Made by a program: the position numbers and the translations under genes. Under the pieces are notes generated by a model, which was given only the letters and a program-made list of their open reading frames with translations, was not told where the DNA came from and did not search any database. This document shows positions 19,243-29,384 of a stretch of DNA of 64,000 nt, in pieces; the first letter of the stretch is position 1, and each line of letters opens with the position of its first letter. Source of the DNA: an uncultured Pseudomonadales bacterium (lineage in GTDB: Bacteria > Patescibacteriota > Microgenomatia > UBA1400 > Chazhemtobacteraceae); contig CAYQZQ010000001.1 of the NCBI GenBank assembly GCA_964422035.1, positions 313,013-377,012 on the forward strand, read 5' to 3'.

Positions 19243-20896
19243 ATACTTCTATTAATGTTTGGTGATCTGGCGTATTAACCTGGTACAAAGTGCGGCGGTT
19301 TTCTGGTAGTAATTTTAGCTTATGGCTTAAGTAAAGAGTATCAGAGTCGATGTCTTCTGGCCAGTTTAAGTCCTCAAAAGAGTACTTGCCTAGTCTGTAC
19401 TTATCAAGCTGATCAAGATAGTCTACACTCTCTTTCTCTACCCTACTTTGCCATCTGTGAGCAGCTTCTTGAAAGTCTTCTGGTGGATACTGGGTATAGA
19501 AAGCGACAAATGATTGCGACTGACTACCTCTTTCTACTAGTATTTTTTGATACTGGGGAGCTTTTTTTTGAACGTAACCGATGGCATCTCTAAAACCAAA
19601 ATACATGCTCTTTGGATTGCGCAGATGATGAGCAAATAAGTAGTTATTGGTATAGAAAATAAGAGAGATGGCCACCACAAGGGCAGTTACCACTTTAAAC
19701 CAGGTTGATTTAAGATTTTTAAAGGCGATCACTAACCCTAGTGAGGTTAACAAGGCCCAGAAACCTAAAAGAGCGCTGGTTCTATTGGGACGATAACCTA
19801 ATTTTGTTAAGGCAGCAGGAATGGGGGCTAGTAGTAGCCAGCTGAAAAGCAGTTGGGATTCTTTTTGTTTTCTTTGTTTTATTAAATTGTAAAGTGCCAG
19901 TAATACAAAGGGGAGCTGCCAGAGAAAGAGAAGGCCGGTGCCGGGGATTATTGAGTAGGTGATTTCTCTACCCCCTTCGGTAAACCAGAAGCTTAAGCTA
20001 AAGTAGCTAACGTAGTTGGTAATAAACTGATCAGCGGCGCTTGCCAGCTGATTATGAAAGATTGAAGAAAAGTAGGGGTGAATCTGAGCTAAGGGTGAGA
20101 ATGATTTTACATTTGTCAGCAGTATGGCTTCTCTATCTGAGAGATGAGTAACTAAAAGATCGGCTCCCCTACTACCTGCGGGAGTAAAGACTGAGAGATA
20201 GTAAATAGGAAGAGAGAAAAGGGCTGCAATTAATAGAGCGGGGATAATTTTTTCAAATTTAATATTTTTAATTTTGGGAAAGTAGATGATCAGCAAAGAC
20301 AATACAAAGAAGGGCAAAAATAACTTAAAGCTGTGATAAGCATAAAGAGAAATACCCCATGATAAAGCGGTTAAGTTAAGCCAGGAGGGTTTTTTTAAGC
20401 CTTTTAAAAACGCCCACAAGCCTAAGGGAAACAGGAATGAAGTAAGGTTGGCTTCAAGAGCCATACGAGAAAACTGAATATGCCAAGGCGTTAGAGCCAG
20501 GACCAAAGAAGCAACAATACCTACCGAGACATTTTTACCAGTAACTTTAAATGAAGTCTTGGGGAATAATTGATTGGCTAACAAATAAATTGCAAAAACT
20601 GCCAAGGTGCCAAAAACTGCGGAAGGCAGGCGAGCAGAAAACTCATTTAGCCCAAAAACACTAATGGCAGGAGCCATAAGATACGTTTGCAGTGGTGCTT
20701 TGTAGTCTAAGAAAGACTTAAAGGACAGTTGAGGTAGTGGCCTACCCCATTCGTCTTGGCCTGTCTTGTTTATCGAGTAGGCTGTGTAGGCTTGGCTGGC
20801 TTCGTCAGGAGTGAAGCCTCTGGGGATTTGGCCTAGCCCAATTAATCTGACTAAAAATGATAAAGCTACAATACCTATGAGTAGTTTTTTATTCAC
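19217..20896 (-). CDS. GT-C membrane glycosyltransferase, ArnT/PMT family (family A, paralog 4)
   Basis: TPDEASQAYTAYSI...DEWGRPLP...FKSFLDYKAPL. Confidence 0.75.
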   Translation of the reverse strand: MNKKLLIGIVALSFLVRLIGLGQIPRGFTPDEASQAYTAYSINKTGQDEWGRPLPQLSFKSFLDYKAPLQTYLMAPAISVFGLNEFSARLPSAVFGTLAVFAIYLLANQLFPKTSFKVTGKNVSVGIVASLVLALTPWHIQFSRMALEANLTSFLFPLGLWAFLKGLKKPSWLNLTALSWGISLYAYHSFKLFLPFFVLSLLIIYFPKIKNIKFEKIIPALLIAALFSLPIYYLSVFTPAGSRGADLLVTHLSDREAILLTNVKSFSPLAQIHPYFSSIFHNQLASAADQFITNYVSYFSLSFWFTEGGREITYSIIPGTGLLFLWQLPFVLLALYNLIKQRKQKESQLLFSWLLLAPIPAALTKLGYRPNRTSALLGFWALLTSLGLVIAFKNLKSTWFKVVTALVVAISLIFYTNNYLFAHHLRNPKSMYFGFRDAIGYVQKKAPQYQKILVERGSQSQSFVAFYTQYPPEDFQEAAHRWQSRVEKESVDYLDQLDKYRLGKYSFEDLNWPEDIDSDTLYLSHKLKLLPENRRTLYQVNTPDHQTLIEVFDFPDEEK

Positions 20897-20904
20897 GGTG
20901 TTTA

Positions 20905-22605
20905 TTAAATCTTTCTAATAAGATGGAAGAGCGGTTCGTCAAATACATTGTTGGTGGTACCAATACTTTCAAATCCTCCTGGTTCTTCAACAGTCCAGTT
21001 CCAGTCCCCTGGCGCCTCTATACCTTGAACTGCCATATAGATATCACCTGGTTCTAAAAGTTCTCTGATCCTTTTATCTGCTGGATTGTGTTGATCAAAT
21101 TGAATTTGACCAAAGTAAAAGTTGGGACCAAACTTATAGCCGTTGAAGTTTTCCAATAGACCATCCTCCACCTGGTCTCCTGCAAAGTATTGATGGAATT
21201 TTAAAGGTGCAAAGTCAGTGTAAAAAGCAAACTGCAGAAGAGATGGTTCATAGGTGTTATTTATAAAGATACGTGAATCTGTATCAAGATGAGGTTTTAG
21301 CTGGGTAAATATATCCTTATATCCATACTGCCAGTACTCAGCTGTTTTGTAGCGATAATGAGCTGAATATTGATGGGCATACAAAAATACATTTACAGAT
21401 AAAGCGCCTACAAAGGCGACTAGTGCAATAATTTTTAGTTTTTTGCTTAGTAGTTTTTTAAGATGAAAGAAGCCTAAAGTTGAGACAACAATCAAGGCGG
21501 GTAGCATGATAAACAACCTGGTGGCATGAGTGCCGCCATCAACAGTCAAGGCAGAAGGAATGGGAGAAATGAGCAACCAAGTCAAAAGTAACTGTGAGGA
21601 CTTTTTGGAGAAAGTTTTTGCCAGAGAAAAAATGCCGGCTATAAACATGGGGAAAGTAACCCACAACAGTTGGCCAAAGCCTACTACTGAATGACGAGGG
21701 AATGGGTCACCGGAGATGAAGAGAAATTGAGGAGAGAAGGATTGTAAATAATGGGTAACTAAGGTTGTTGAAAATTTTAAGGGCTTGTTATGAAAAATGG
21801 CTTCTTTGGTAGCATCGACCCACGGCTGAGTACGAGCTAAAATAATTGAGTCGATAAGCTCTTGTGAGGAGAAAATACTAACAAGACCAAAGCGACCAGC
21901 AGCTTGGCCCAGAAATAGATGATAGGAAATTGGCAGCATGATAACCAAAGTAGACAACCAGACGTACCAGTTATCCAAAAACATCTTTTTGAGATTAGGT
22001 TTGTAGATGACTAAAAGACTGATAGCCAAAAGTGGTGTAAACAAGTTAGCGGTTGAGTAGGTATAAAAGGTCAAAGCTAAAGGAATGGGGAAAAGAATGA
22101 AGGGAAGTCTGGGGGTTTTAGTAAACTTAATAAACCAGTAAGCCCCCAGAAGCAGTAGAGCTAGCAGCAGAGTCACTTCAAAACTGACACGAGAATAATG
22201 AAGATGCCAGGGAGTTAAGGTTAATAGTAAAGCTGAAACCTCACCGGCGCTAACACTAAATTTACCTAGCTTGATCTTTAGTTTGGGGAAAAGCTGATTT
22301 GTAAGCAGATATATCAGATATATGTCTACCACACCCAAAAGTGCTACTGGCAAACGAGCGCTGAAGGTGGATAAGCCAAATAAGCCTACAAAAGGAGCAG
22401 TGACATACATGATTAGTGGAGCTCTCCACTCGCTTAAGCTATGAATATAGGTGGGGAGCAAATTGCCCATGTAGTCTTTGCCTGTCTTCCAGAGGCTCCA
22501 AGCATGATAGGCAACATCAACTTCGTCTGAAAATAAGGATATGGGTAAACTACCAAGATCAATGAGGCGTAAGGCAGTGGCAAGAGTGAGGATTAAATAG
22601 ATCAT
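20905..22605 (-). CDS. GT-C membrane glycosyltransferase, ArnT/PMT family (family A, paralog 5)
   Basis: FSDEVDVAYHAWSL...KDYMGNLLP...SEWRAPL. Same architecture as the other four. Confidence 0.75.
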   Translation of the reverse strand: MIYLILTLATALRLIDLGSLPISLFSDEVDVAYHAWSLWKTGKDYMGNLLPTYIHSLSEWRAPLIMYVTAPFVGLFGLSTFSARLPVALLGVVDIYLIYLLTNQLFPKLKIKLGKFSVSAGEVSALLLTLTPWHLHYSRVSFEVTLLLALLLLGAYWFIKFTKTPRLPFILFPIPLALTFYTYSTANLFTPLLAISLLVIYKPNLKKMFLDNWYVWLSTLVIMLPISYHLFLGQAAGRFGLVSIFSSQELIDSIILARTQPWVDATKEAIFHNKPLKFSTTLVTHYLQSFSPQFLFISGDPFPRHSVVGFGQLLWVTFPMFIAGIFSLAKTFSKKSSQLLLTWLLISPIPSALTVDGGTHATRLFIMLPALIVVSTLGFFHLKKLLSKKLKIIALVAFVGALSVNVFLYAHQYSAHYRYKTAEYWQYGYKDIFTQLKPHLDTDSRIFINNTYEPSLLQFAFYTDFAPLKFHQYFAGDQVEDGLLENFNGYKFGPNFYFGQIQFDQHNPADKRIRELLEPGDIYMAVQGIEAPGDWNWTVEEPGGFESIGTTNNVFDEPLFHLIRKI

Positions 22606-22614
22606 AGGTATATT

Positions 22615-23778
22615 TTAGATAAAGGGTAGGCCTAGTGTCCAATAAAGATTAAAAAAATGAAAAGCGCTAACCAGGAAGTAAGAGGTAAGTTGGAGATTTT
22701 TTTTAGAAGTAGGTACTAATAATATAAATACCAAGACAGGAAAAAGGTGCCTTTCGTGAACTCTGGTTTGAAAAAAGAAGGCTGATAAGGAAAGGATCAA
22801 CAAAACATAAAAGATTGTTTGTTTTTTACTGGATAGATAGTTTGACAAGACTTTAAGATAAAATACGAAGAGGATAATAATTGACCACAATCTAACAGAG
22901 ATACCAAGCAAGAGAGTTGAGTCCGATATTCTTTGGCCACTATATACAAAATGCCACAAATTCCAAGCAGCATCAGAGATTAGATCAGAGGAGCCTTTTA
23001 GAGTGCTTGTGTATAAGGAAAGCGATTGCAAAGAAAAGCCAGTGAAGGGAAGGTAGAAAAGCAAGAAGACAGCAAATTGAAGAAGTAATCCTTTAAGTAA
23101 TCTTTTGAAATCAGAGCGCTTAAACCAATAGACAATAAAGACGGGTAACAACCAAAGTGCGGTCTGTTTGGAAAGAGCAGCTAAGAGATAGCTTAGATGT
23201 GAAAGATAATAACCTTTGTCTGTTTTTTGTTTGCCCAGATAAACTGAAAGAAGGATAAAGAAAATTGGCAGACTTTCTATTTGCCCCCAGACAGTACTGA
23301 CGTAGATAACAGCTGGATTAAAAAGAAATAGAAGAGTATATAAAAGTGGGCGCGAATTTTTTCGTAGAGATACAAATTTATAGATTAAAAAACCGATGCC
23401 CAGGTCGGCAAGGATGGCAGGCAGCTTGAGGAAAGCAGCTTGCATATTTAAGGTAGGAAGGAGAAATATTAGCTTAGAGGGGAAAATGCCGATGGCCTTA
23501 TTTAGATAAACTGAAGCCTGACTAAACCAATGATATAAAACTCTAGATATTGAAAATAGATAAATTGTAAGCGGTGGATAGTTGGGTGTCTCAAAGCCTG
23601 AGATAGGACGAGAATAAAAACCTACAACTTGATTTAAAAAGCTGTCTGCCCAAGCTAGATGGTTTCTAATATCACCGGAATACTGAAAATATGCCAGGAA
23701 AAGACGGATAAAGAAAGCTGAAAACAAAAGCAGCCAGAGTTTTTTGTTTTTACTCAGTTGAGATAGCGCTTGTTTCAT
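22615..23778 (-). CDS. Polytopic membrane protein, probable GT-C-type glycosyltransferase (family E)
   Basis: See 18037-19242. Shares the KLPxILADL motif and an equivalent TM layout. Confidence 0.5.
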   Translation of the reverse strand: MKQALSQLSKNKKLWLLLFSAFFIRLFLAYFQYSGDIRNHLAWADSFLNQVVGFYSRPISGFETPNYPPLTIYLFSISRVLYHWFSQASVYLNKAIGIFPSKLIFLLPTLNMQAAFLKLPAILADLGIGFLIYKFVSLRKNSRPLLYTLLFLFNPAVIYVSTVWGQIESLPIFFILLSVYLGKQKTDKGYYLSHLSYLLAALSKQTALWLLPVFIVYWFKRSDFKRLLKGLLLQFAVFLLFYLPFTGFSLQSLSLYTSTLKGSSDLISDAAWNLWHFVYSGQRISDSTLLLGISVRLWSIIILFVFYLKVLSNYLSSKKQTIFYVLLILSLSAFFFQTRVHERHLFPVLVFILLVPTSKKNLQLTSYFLVSAFHFFNLYWTLGLPFI

Positions 23779-24578
23779 TTAGAAAGTCGTCTTATTAGCT
23801 TCTGATATTTTTGACCTGCTCTGAGCACAAAGTTTAGTGCTCTTGAACCTATTTGCCCGTGATACTGGCGAGCTGATTTAAGCAGGGGGCTGTTTAGATG
23901 CTCTGTAAATCCCCCACTGGCTCCAGAAGCATGGCGTACTTTGGCTTTAGAGTAGTAATAAAGAGGTAGATGGGCTTGATGTATGCGCTTGGCGTATTCA
24001 ATGTCTTCGTAATATAAGAAAAAGTCCTCGTTTAATAAGCCTACTTTTTCAATTGTGGATCTGGGCATCAAAAAAGCAGCCATTATTGCTACTTGGACTT
24101 TAGCAGTTTTTTTATCTGGTATGTATTTACCAAAACATTCTTTGCAGCCTAAAAAGTAGTGTCGTATAGCGTTGGTGATAGTGGGGAAACGATAGACTGA
24201 AGCTTGAGGCTTGCCATCCATATCTAGTAGTTGAGGAGCTACGGCACCTAGCGGTTGATGGCTTTGGGCAAAATCATATAAGTACTGTAGACAGTTACCA
24301 ACCAGGCGGGTATCGGGGTTAATCAGAAGAATGTACTCACCTTTTGATTTCTTTATCCCCTGATTTACTCCTTTGGAGAAGCCTTGATTGGTTCGGGCTT
24401 CGATTACTGTGGGGTTGGAAGAATGTTGCCTGGCTAGTTTAGCTGAGTCATCTTTTGATTTGTTATCAACAACGATGACTTCTTTTTTTAAAACGTCTGG
24501 TGATTTTTGAATTGTGTCTAGCAGACCAGTGATGTGATCTTGTGAGTTGTATGTGACTGCAATAATTGAAAGATCCAT
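23775..24578 (-). CDS. GT2 glycosyltransferase
   Basis: LSIIAVTYNSQDHI ... VIVVDNKSKDDS ... INPDTRL. Confidence 0.75.
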   Translation of the reverse strand: MDLSIIAVTYNSQDHITGLLDTIQKSPDVLKKEVIVVDNKSKDDSAKLARQHSSNPTVIEARTNQGFSKGVNQGIKKSKGEYILLINPDTRLVGNCLQYLYDFAQSHQPLGAVAPQLLDMDGKPQASVYRFPTITNAIRHYFLGCKECFGKYIPDKKTAKVQVAIMAAFLMPRSTIEKVGLLNEDFFLYYEDIEYAKRIHQAHLPLYYYSKAKVRHASGASGGFTEHLNSPLLKSARQYHGQIGSRALNFVLRAGQKYQKLIRRLSK

Positions 24579-24579
24579 A

Positions 24580-25467
24580 TTAGATTTTTGAATTTACTAA
24601 TTTGAGCACTTGTTTGTCAGACAATTTAGCAGCACGGCGATTTTTAATTCTGTTTTTAGCAACTTTTGTGTATTGCTTGAATGCAGCAAAGACGACTTTG
24701 GAGTAGCCAGGATGTTTTAGAGTGTGGGAAACTAAAAACTTAAAGTGATCTGAAGCAAGCTTTCGGTCAGTTATGTTCTGCCAATGGAAAAATAGTTCGT
24801 TTCTTTGTTTTATTAAATTTAAATAGTTTTGATCAAGTTTTTTGAAAGTTGACTCGTGCTGGTGATCTATATACGCATCTGGTGCCCAGATGATTTTGTA
24901 GCCTTTTTTCCAGGCGCGCCAGCCTAGATCAATGTCTTCCCAGTAGCCCGGTGAATATATCTCATTGAAGCCGTTTAGTTTATTCCAGATTGACATACGT
25001 AAGATGCTGCTGCCCCCGGAAGGCCAAGCACAAAAACGAGGATTTTTCTTGTCTTCTCCCTGGGTATATTGAAGCTTGCCGTTTTTCCAAAAAACCTTTG
25101 GCCAGCTGGATTGTTTTTCATTAAAGTTAACCGCGAAGATATCTTCATCATCAAAGTACTTAAAGGCGTTTTTTAGGTAGTCTTTATGAGGCTCTACATC
25201 GTTGTTTAAAAGTAGTATAAAGTCTGCGCCACTTTGTGAGACGGCTCGATTGACGCTTTTACTAAAGCCTCTGTTTTCTTTATTGATTAAAAGTTTTATA
25301 TCGGGATAGTTTTCTTTAAGAAACTGAGGAGTGTCGTCTGAACCACCGTCTTCTACTATGATGATCTTGTTTAAATCTGACGAGTGTTTGTAGATGGCGG
25401 GTAGATGTTTTTCCAAAAGATGTCGGGCTTGGTAACTGGGAATAACTAAATCAATTTTTTGTTTCAT
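24580..25467 (-). CDS. GT2 glycosyltransferase
   Basis: IDLVIPSYQARHLL ... IIIVEDGGSDDT ... LLNNDVEP. Confidence 0.75.
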   Translation of the reverse strand: MKQKIDLVIPSYQARHLLEKHLPAIYKHSSDLNKIIIVEDGGSDDTPQFLKENYPDIKLLINKENRGFSKSVNRAVSQSGADFILLLNNDVEPHKDYLKNAFKYFDDEDIFAVNFNEKQSSWPKVFWKNGKLQYTQGEDKKNPRFCAWPSGGSSILRMSIWNKLNGFNEIYSPGYWEDIDLGWRAWKKGYKIIWAPDAYIDHQHESTFKKLDQNYLNLIKQRNELFFHWQNITDRKLASDHFKFLVSHTLKHPGYSKVVFAAFKQYTKVAKNRIKNRRAAKLSDKQVLKLVNSKI

Positions 25468-25500
25468 GATTGTATGTAATTGTAAACTATTGAGAGGTTA

Positions 25501-27483
25501 CTACTTAAGGGTAAAGACAAAATCTTCAGGTTGCGAGTCTTTTTTGAGAATATTGACATCCTCAGCCTGAGGGGTTGTTAGTTTAATGTTGGCTCTCACA
25601 TAAAATGCTGAAGGTTGCTGCTCCATGGCTTGATAGATTATTCGAGTAGTTTCCGGGTTCGCCTTTCTGTGCTGTGGAGCAACAATAAAACTAATGGGTC
25701 GCAGACTTACTCCCTTAATATCCAGAGCTTGTTTTTGAATGACTGAGAGATTCTTGGACGGATCTAGATAACCTACAAAGCGAGGATAATCAGAAGGAAC
25801 TGAACGCTTAATTACTCTGTCAACTTCTAGTGAGTTTAGGCCAGTTACTTTTGATAGGGCATCTAGATGCTTGTTCCAGTCGTACATTAGCCGAGGGATG
25901 GCGTAAACTGTTTGCCACTGTCCCCTACTGGCGATAAGCTCGCCAGAACTGTTTTCCAGTCTAGTGACAGGAATGGTGCCTTCATCAATGACTAACTCAC
26001 TTTGAGGCGTGAAACCTGTCCAGATATAGTCCCAGTCCCAGATTAGTTTCCATTGATTACGAATCTTTTCAAATTGAAAGTCTTTTTTATTAGTCAACGG
26101 CCCAAAGCGGGTCTGGTAAGTAATTTCGTACTGGGCAGTAGCTTGATTTTTTTTGATTTTTAGATCTGTTATCTTAACCTGAACGTCTCGAGTTGAAAGC
26201 TGGTCAAGAAAACCTTCAATTGGTTGAATAAATTCAGTTTCAGGGATTTTACTTATGTCCTGATGAGAGATGCTTCTATATAGCTCTCGATAGGCTCTGG
26301 TGGAAATGAAACGAGCTACAGCTTGAGTGTGGCCGGTAAGATCTTTTTTAACCATAGAGCTGTACATAAAAGGCAGATTAAGAAGGATTAACAAAACTAT
26401 CAACCATTTTCTGTTTTTAAATAGATAAACTGACAGAAGAACAAACAGAGGGATGATAGGCATTAAGTATCTGCCCCAGAAGGGAACAAAGGTATTAACT
26501 ATTAAAAAAACAAAGGTGAGAAGAGAGAGGTACAGCCAGGGCTTATTTTTCTTCTTAAATGACTGGAAAGCTACTATAAGAGCTGAAATAACTCCAACTG
26601 GTAACAGAGGGCTCCAGTCACCCAGAGACATCGTCTTGCCCGGCTGCCACCAGCCCTGATAGATATTTAAAAAGATACCCTTCCACTGGTTGAGATATTC
26701 AACTGAATGTTGAGAAGAAAGATAGAACTTGAGTGGTTTTTCATGAAGTCTTAACCAAGGAAAAGGATTGGGATGACGAATAAAATAAGAAGCAAAGGCA
26801 AGTACATAGCCGGCGAAAGTAAAAGGTATATATAAAAATAATTCCTTTAGATCTTTTTTGTGCCAGTATATGAAAACAAGATCAAGCAATAGAACAAATG
26901 GAGTGTATACCCCTGGCTTTACGCCGGTGGCTAAGCCTAAAAATACCGCAGCAGGAAGAAGGCCAATTAACTTATCTGTTTTAAAGTAGCGAATTATAAA
27001 GTAGGTGTGAGTTAAGTACATAAACATCAAAGGCAGATCCAGCATGGTCTCTTTGATTTGAGTAGCTATAAATGGAGTAGTAGATAAAAGAAGTAACGAC
27101 ATAAGCCTTGTTTTCTGCTTGGCGAATAGTTGCTTTGCTAGTAGATAGAAAACACCAATTGAGCCAAGGTACAAGCCCAAACTAATCCAAAATGGATTGC
27201 CGATAAGTCTTTCAGCTATGCCGTACAAGTGCTTGCCTAAAGGTGGTATTTCGTAATTAATATAGAAAGGGTTTTCTCCTTGAGTTAATCTATAACCAAC
27301 AAATTTGTATAATTCACCATCGGAGATGCCCCTGGTGCTTTGAGGTACATTCCATTGAGACTGGTAATACAAGTTTTCATAGTATTCGGGCTCGTATTGA
27401 TAATAGAAAACTTCTCTGGAAAAAAAGAGGACGAAACCGATTGCAAGAGTGGAAAGTATTATTAGTATTTTGTTGGTAGACAT
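25501..27483 (-). CDS. PMT_2-type (GT39-like) membrane glycosyltransferase with ~300-aa C-terminal extracytoplasmic domain (family C)
   Basis: First-loop motifs SDGELYKFVGY...ENPFYINYEIPPLGKHLYG parallel the eukaryotic/actinobacterial PMT DE...HPPLGKLL signature. Paralog of 49556-50662. Confidence 0.65.
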   Translation of the reverse strand: MSTNKILIILSTLAIGFVLFFSREVFYYQYEPEYYENLYYQSQWNVPQSTRGISDGELYKFVGYRLTQGENPFYINYEIPPLGKHLYGIAERLIGNPFWISLGLYLGSIGVFYLLAKQLFAKQKTRLMSLLLLSTTPFIATQIKETMLDLPLMFMYLTHTYFIIRYFKTDKLIGLLPAAVFLGLATGVKPGVYTPFVLLLDLVFIYWHKKDLKELFLYIPFTFAGYVLAFASYFIRHPNPFPWLRLHEKPLKFYLSSQHSVEYLNQWKGIFLNIYQGWWQPGKTMSLGDWSPLLPVGVISALIVAFQSFKKKNKPWLYLSLLTFVFLIVNTFVPFWGRYLMPIIPLFVLLSVYLFKNRKWLIVLLILLNLPFMYSSMVKKDLTGHTQAVARFISTRAYRELYRSISHQDISKIPETEFIQPIEGFLDQLSTRDVQVKITDLKIKKNQATAQYEITYQTRFGPLTNKKDFQFEKIRNQWKLIWDWDYIWTGFTPQSELVIDEGTIPVTRLENSSGELIASRGQWQTVYAIPRLMYDWNKHLDALSKVTGLNSLEVDRVIKRSVPSDYPRFVGYLDPSKNLSVIQKQALDIKGVSLRPISFIVAPQHRKANPETTRIIYQAMEQQPSAFYVRANIKLTTPQAEDVNILKKDSQPEDFVFTLK

Positions 27484-27490
27484 GTAAGTT

Positions 27491-28573
27491 TTAATTATCT
27501 AATATCTTGAAAGCTCGTTTCTTGAAGTTGTCATAGGAAAACTGCTGAGCTCTTTTTTGAGCCTTTTGTGAGACCTGCTCTCTTAGAGTAGCGTTAGCTA
27601 TCAGCTTAAGAGTTTCTCTTTTTAAATCACTTAGAGTGGTCCATAAGAAACCGGTGTCTTGGGTAATGATTTCCGGCTGACCTCCTTTATCGATAACTAC
27701 AGGTACGCAACCTGAGGCCATTGCTTCAACTGTAGTCATTCCAAAGTGTTCTACAGATTCTGGATTGATGTCGGCGTCAACTTCAAAGCCTGCTGCATGC
27801 CAGTAGATACTGGCCCTTGAGTAATGTTCTTTTAGTTTTTTAAAATCCGGATTAACATCAAACTCGATTGGATAACCACGAGCTTGATTTTTCAGAGAGT
27901 TAATTATGCTGTCAGAACCTTTTTTGCCGCCCACTAGTTCAAGCTTCCAACCATCCAGGCCGCTATCGATAAGTTGCTTGAATGCCTTGATAAGCACATC
28001 TTGTCTTTTGGAGTGCGAGGGAGAAGCAAAGCGGCCCACATTTAGTATGGTCTGCTCTTTTTCTTTTGGGCTAAACTCAGACACCGAGATTGGAGGATAA
28101 ATAACTTTGGAACGATCAGTTCCCAGGGTCTTATCAATCACTTTTTTGGTAAATTGGGAGTTGACGATAATTTCTGAGATTGATTTCAATTTTAGCTTGT
28201 CTATGATCTGAAAACGATTGGTTTTTTTGAAAGGGACTTGATAGTGAAGCCAGGTGTTCTTGCCAAATAGGACGGGGACACTGCCGTCGCTTAGAAAGAA
28301 GACTAAGTCAATGTCTTGAAGGGCTTTTTTTTTGTTTAAAAGGTTAACTTTTTTAGTAAAAAGGTCGTAGTACTCAGAGCTGACTTGGACTTTGGAGAGA
28401 TCTAGATCGAATCTTTGATGAGCTTGTTTTAAGATATCAGGGTCCTGCCAGGCTACCTCTACGCGCCAACCGCTTTCTGATAAAGCCTGAGCTAAAGACA
28501 GAGTGTACCTTTCCCCTCCTCCAAGAGTATCAAGATAGGGGTCAAACAGAACAGCTATTTTTGTTTTTGCCAT
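27491..28573 (-). CDS. GT4 (GT-B) glycosyltransferase
   Basis: GMTTVEAMASGCVPVVIDKGGQPEII (EX7E region). Confidence 0.8.
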   Translation of the reverse strand: MAKTKIAVLFDPYLDTLGGGERYTLSLAQALSESGWRVEVAWQDPDILKQAHQRFDLDLSKVQVSSEYYDLFTKKVNLLNKKKALQDIDLVFFLSDGSVPVLFGKNTWLHYQVPFKKTNRFQIIDKLKLKSISEIIVNSQFTKKVIDKTLGTDRSKVIYPPISVSEFSPKEKEQTILNVGRFASPSHSKRQDVLIKAFKQLIDSGLDGWKLELVGGKKGSDSIINSLKNQARGYPIEFDVNPDFKKLKEHYSRASIYWHAAGFEVDADINPESVEHFGMTTVEAMASGCVPVVIDKGGQPEIITQDTGFLWTTLSDLKRETLKLIANATLREQVSQKAQKRAQQFSYDNFKKRAFKILDN

Positions 28574-29358
28574 TTGTCTAGAATTTTATTATCAATTTGC
28601 TTGTAAGTTTCAGAAAGAGAAGGATCTTTTTGCATTTGCCAAAGTTGAACATAGGTCAAAAAGCGGGAAAACATTTGAAAGATTATTTCAATATGACCCT
28701 GGTTTCCATCTTTAAATAAGCCTTGTTTGGTTCTTTTGAAAAACTCGGTAAAGAGAATCCGCCAGAAGCGCCATGGTTTCATAGGAGGATGATTTTTTTT
28801 GTAAAGCATCTCTGCTTCCAACTGAGACCAACTTAAGGTTTTTTCAACCATGCTGTTGATTTCTCTGTGGGTCATGTGAATCATGGGAGTTTTTATCTCA
28901 CCTATAGAGCCTTCTACTTGGGGTTGTTCATGAAGCTTGCCTTGCCAGCCTTTTAAAGCGGATTTTTTAATAAGGCGAAGAACTTTTGAGTCGGGCCAAT
29001 GCTTGAGGTGCTTGCCTAGCAAGATGTCTTGGCGGGAAATGGTATAGGCGGAATGCTTGGGGTTTTCTAGAACTTTATTGATTTCTTTGGCCAACTCAAC
29101 TGGGATTCTTTCGTCGGAGTCGACATAGAGGATCCAGTCGCCGGTGGCTTCTTTAGCGGCCAAATTGCGCCATTTGGCAAAGTCGTGCCCTGATGTTTTG
29201 ATTATCTTGGTAACTAAAGGACGTGAAACTTCTATGGTGTCATCAGTCGAGCCTGTATCGACCAGTATTATTTCGTCAACAAACTGAAGTGTCTTAAGAG
29301 TGGGAGTAATAAAGTGGGCTATGTTTTTGGATAGAACAATAGCTGATATTGTTGGCAT
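28555..29358 (-). CDS. GT2 glycosyltransferase
   Basis: ISAIVLSKNIAHFI ... IILVDTGSTDDT ... LYVDSDERIP. Same subfamily as 12145-13002 and 31800-32708. Confidence 0.7.
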   Translation of the reverse strand: MPTISAIVLSKNIAHFITPTLKTLQFVDEIILVDTGSTDDTIEVSRPLVTKIIKTSGHDFAKWRNLAAKEATGDWILYVDSDERIPVELAKEINKVLENPKHSAYTISRQDILLGKHLKHWPDSKVLRLIKKSALKGWQGKLHEQPQVEGSIGEIKTPMIHMTHREINSMVEKTLSWSQLEAEMLYKKNHPPMKPWRFWRILFTEFFKRTKQGLFKDGNQGHIEIIFQMFSRFLTYVQLWQMQKDPSLSETYKQIDNKILDKWQKQK

Positions 29359-29384
29359 GGACTTATTGTATCAAGAAGTTAATT

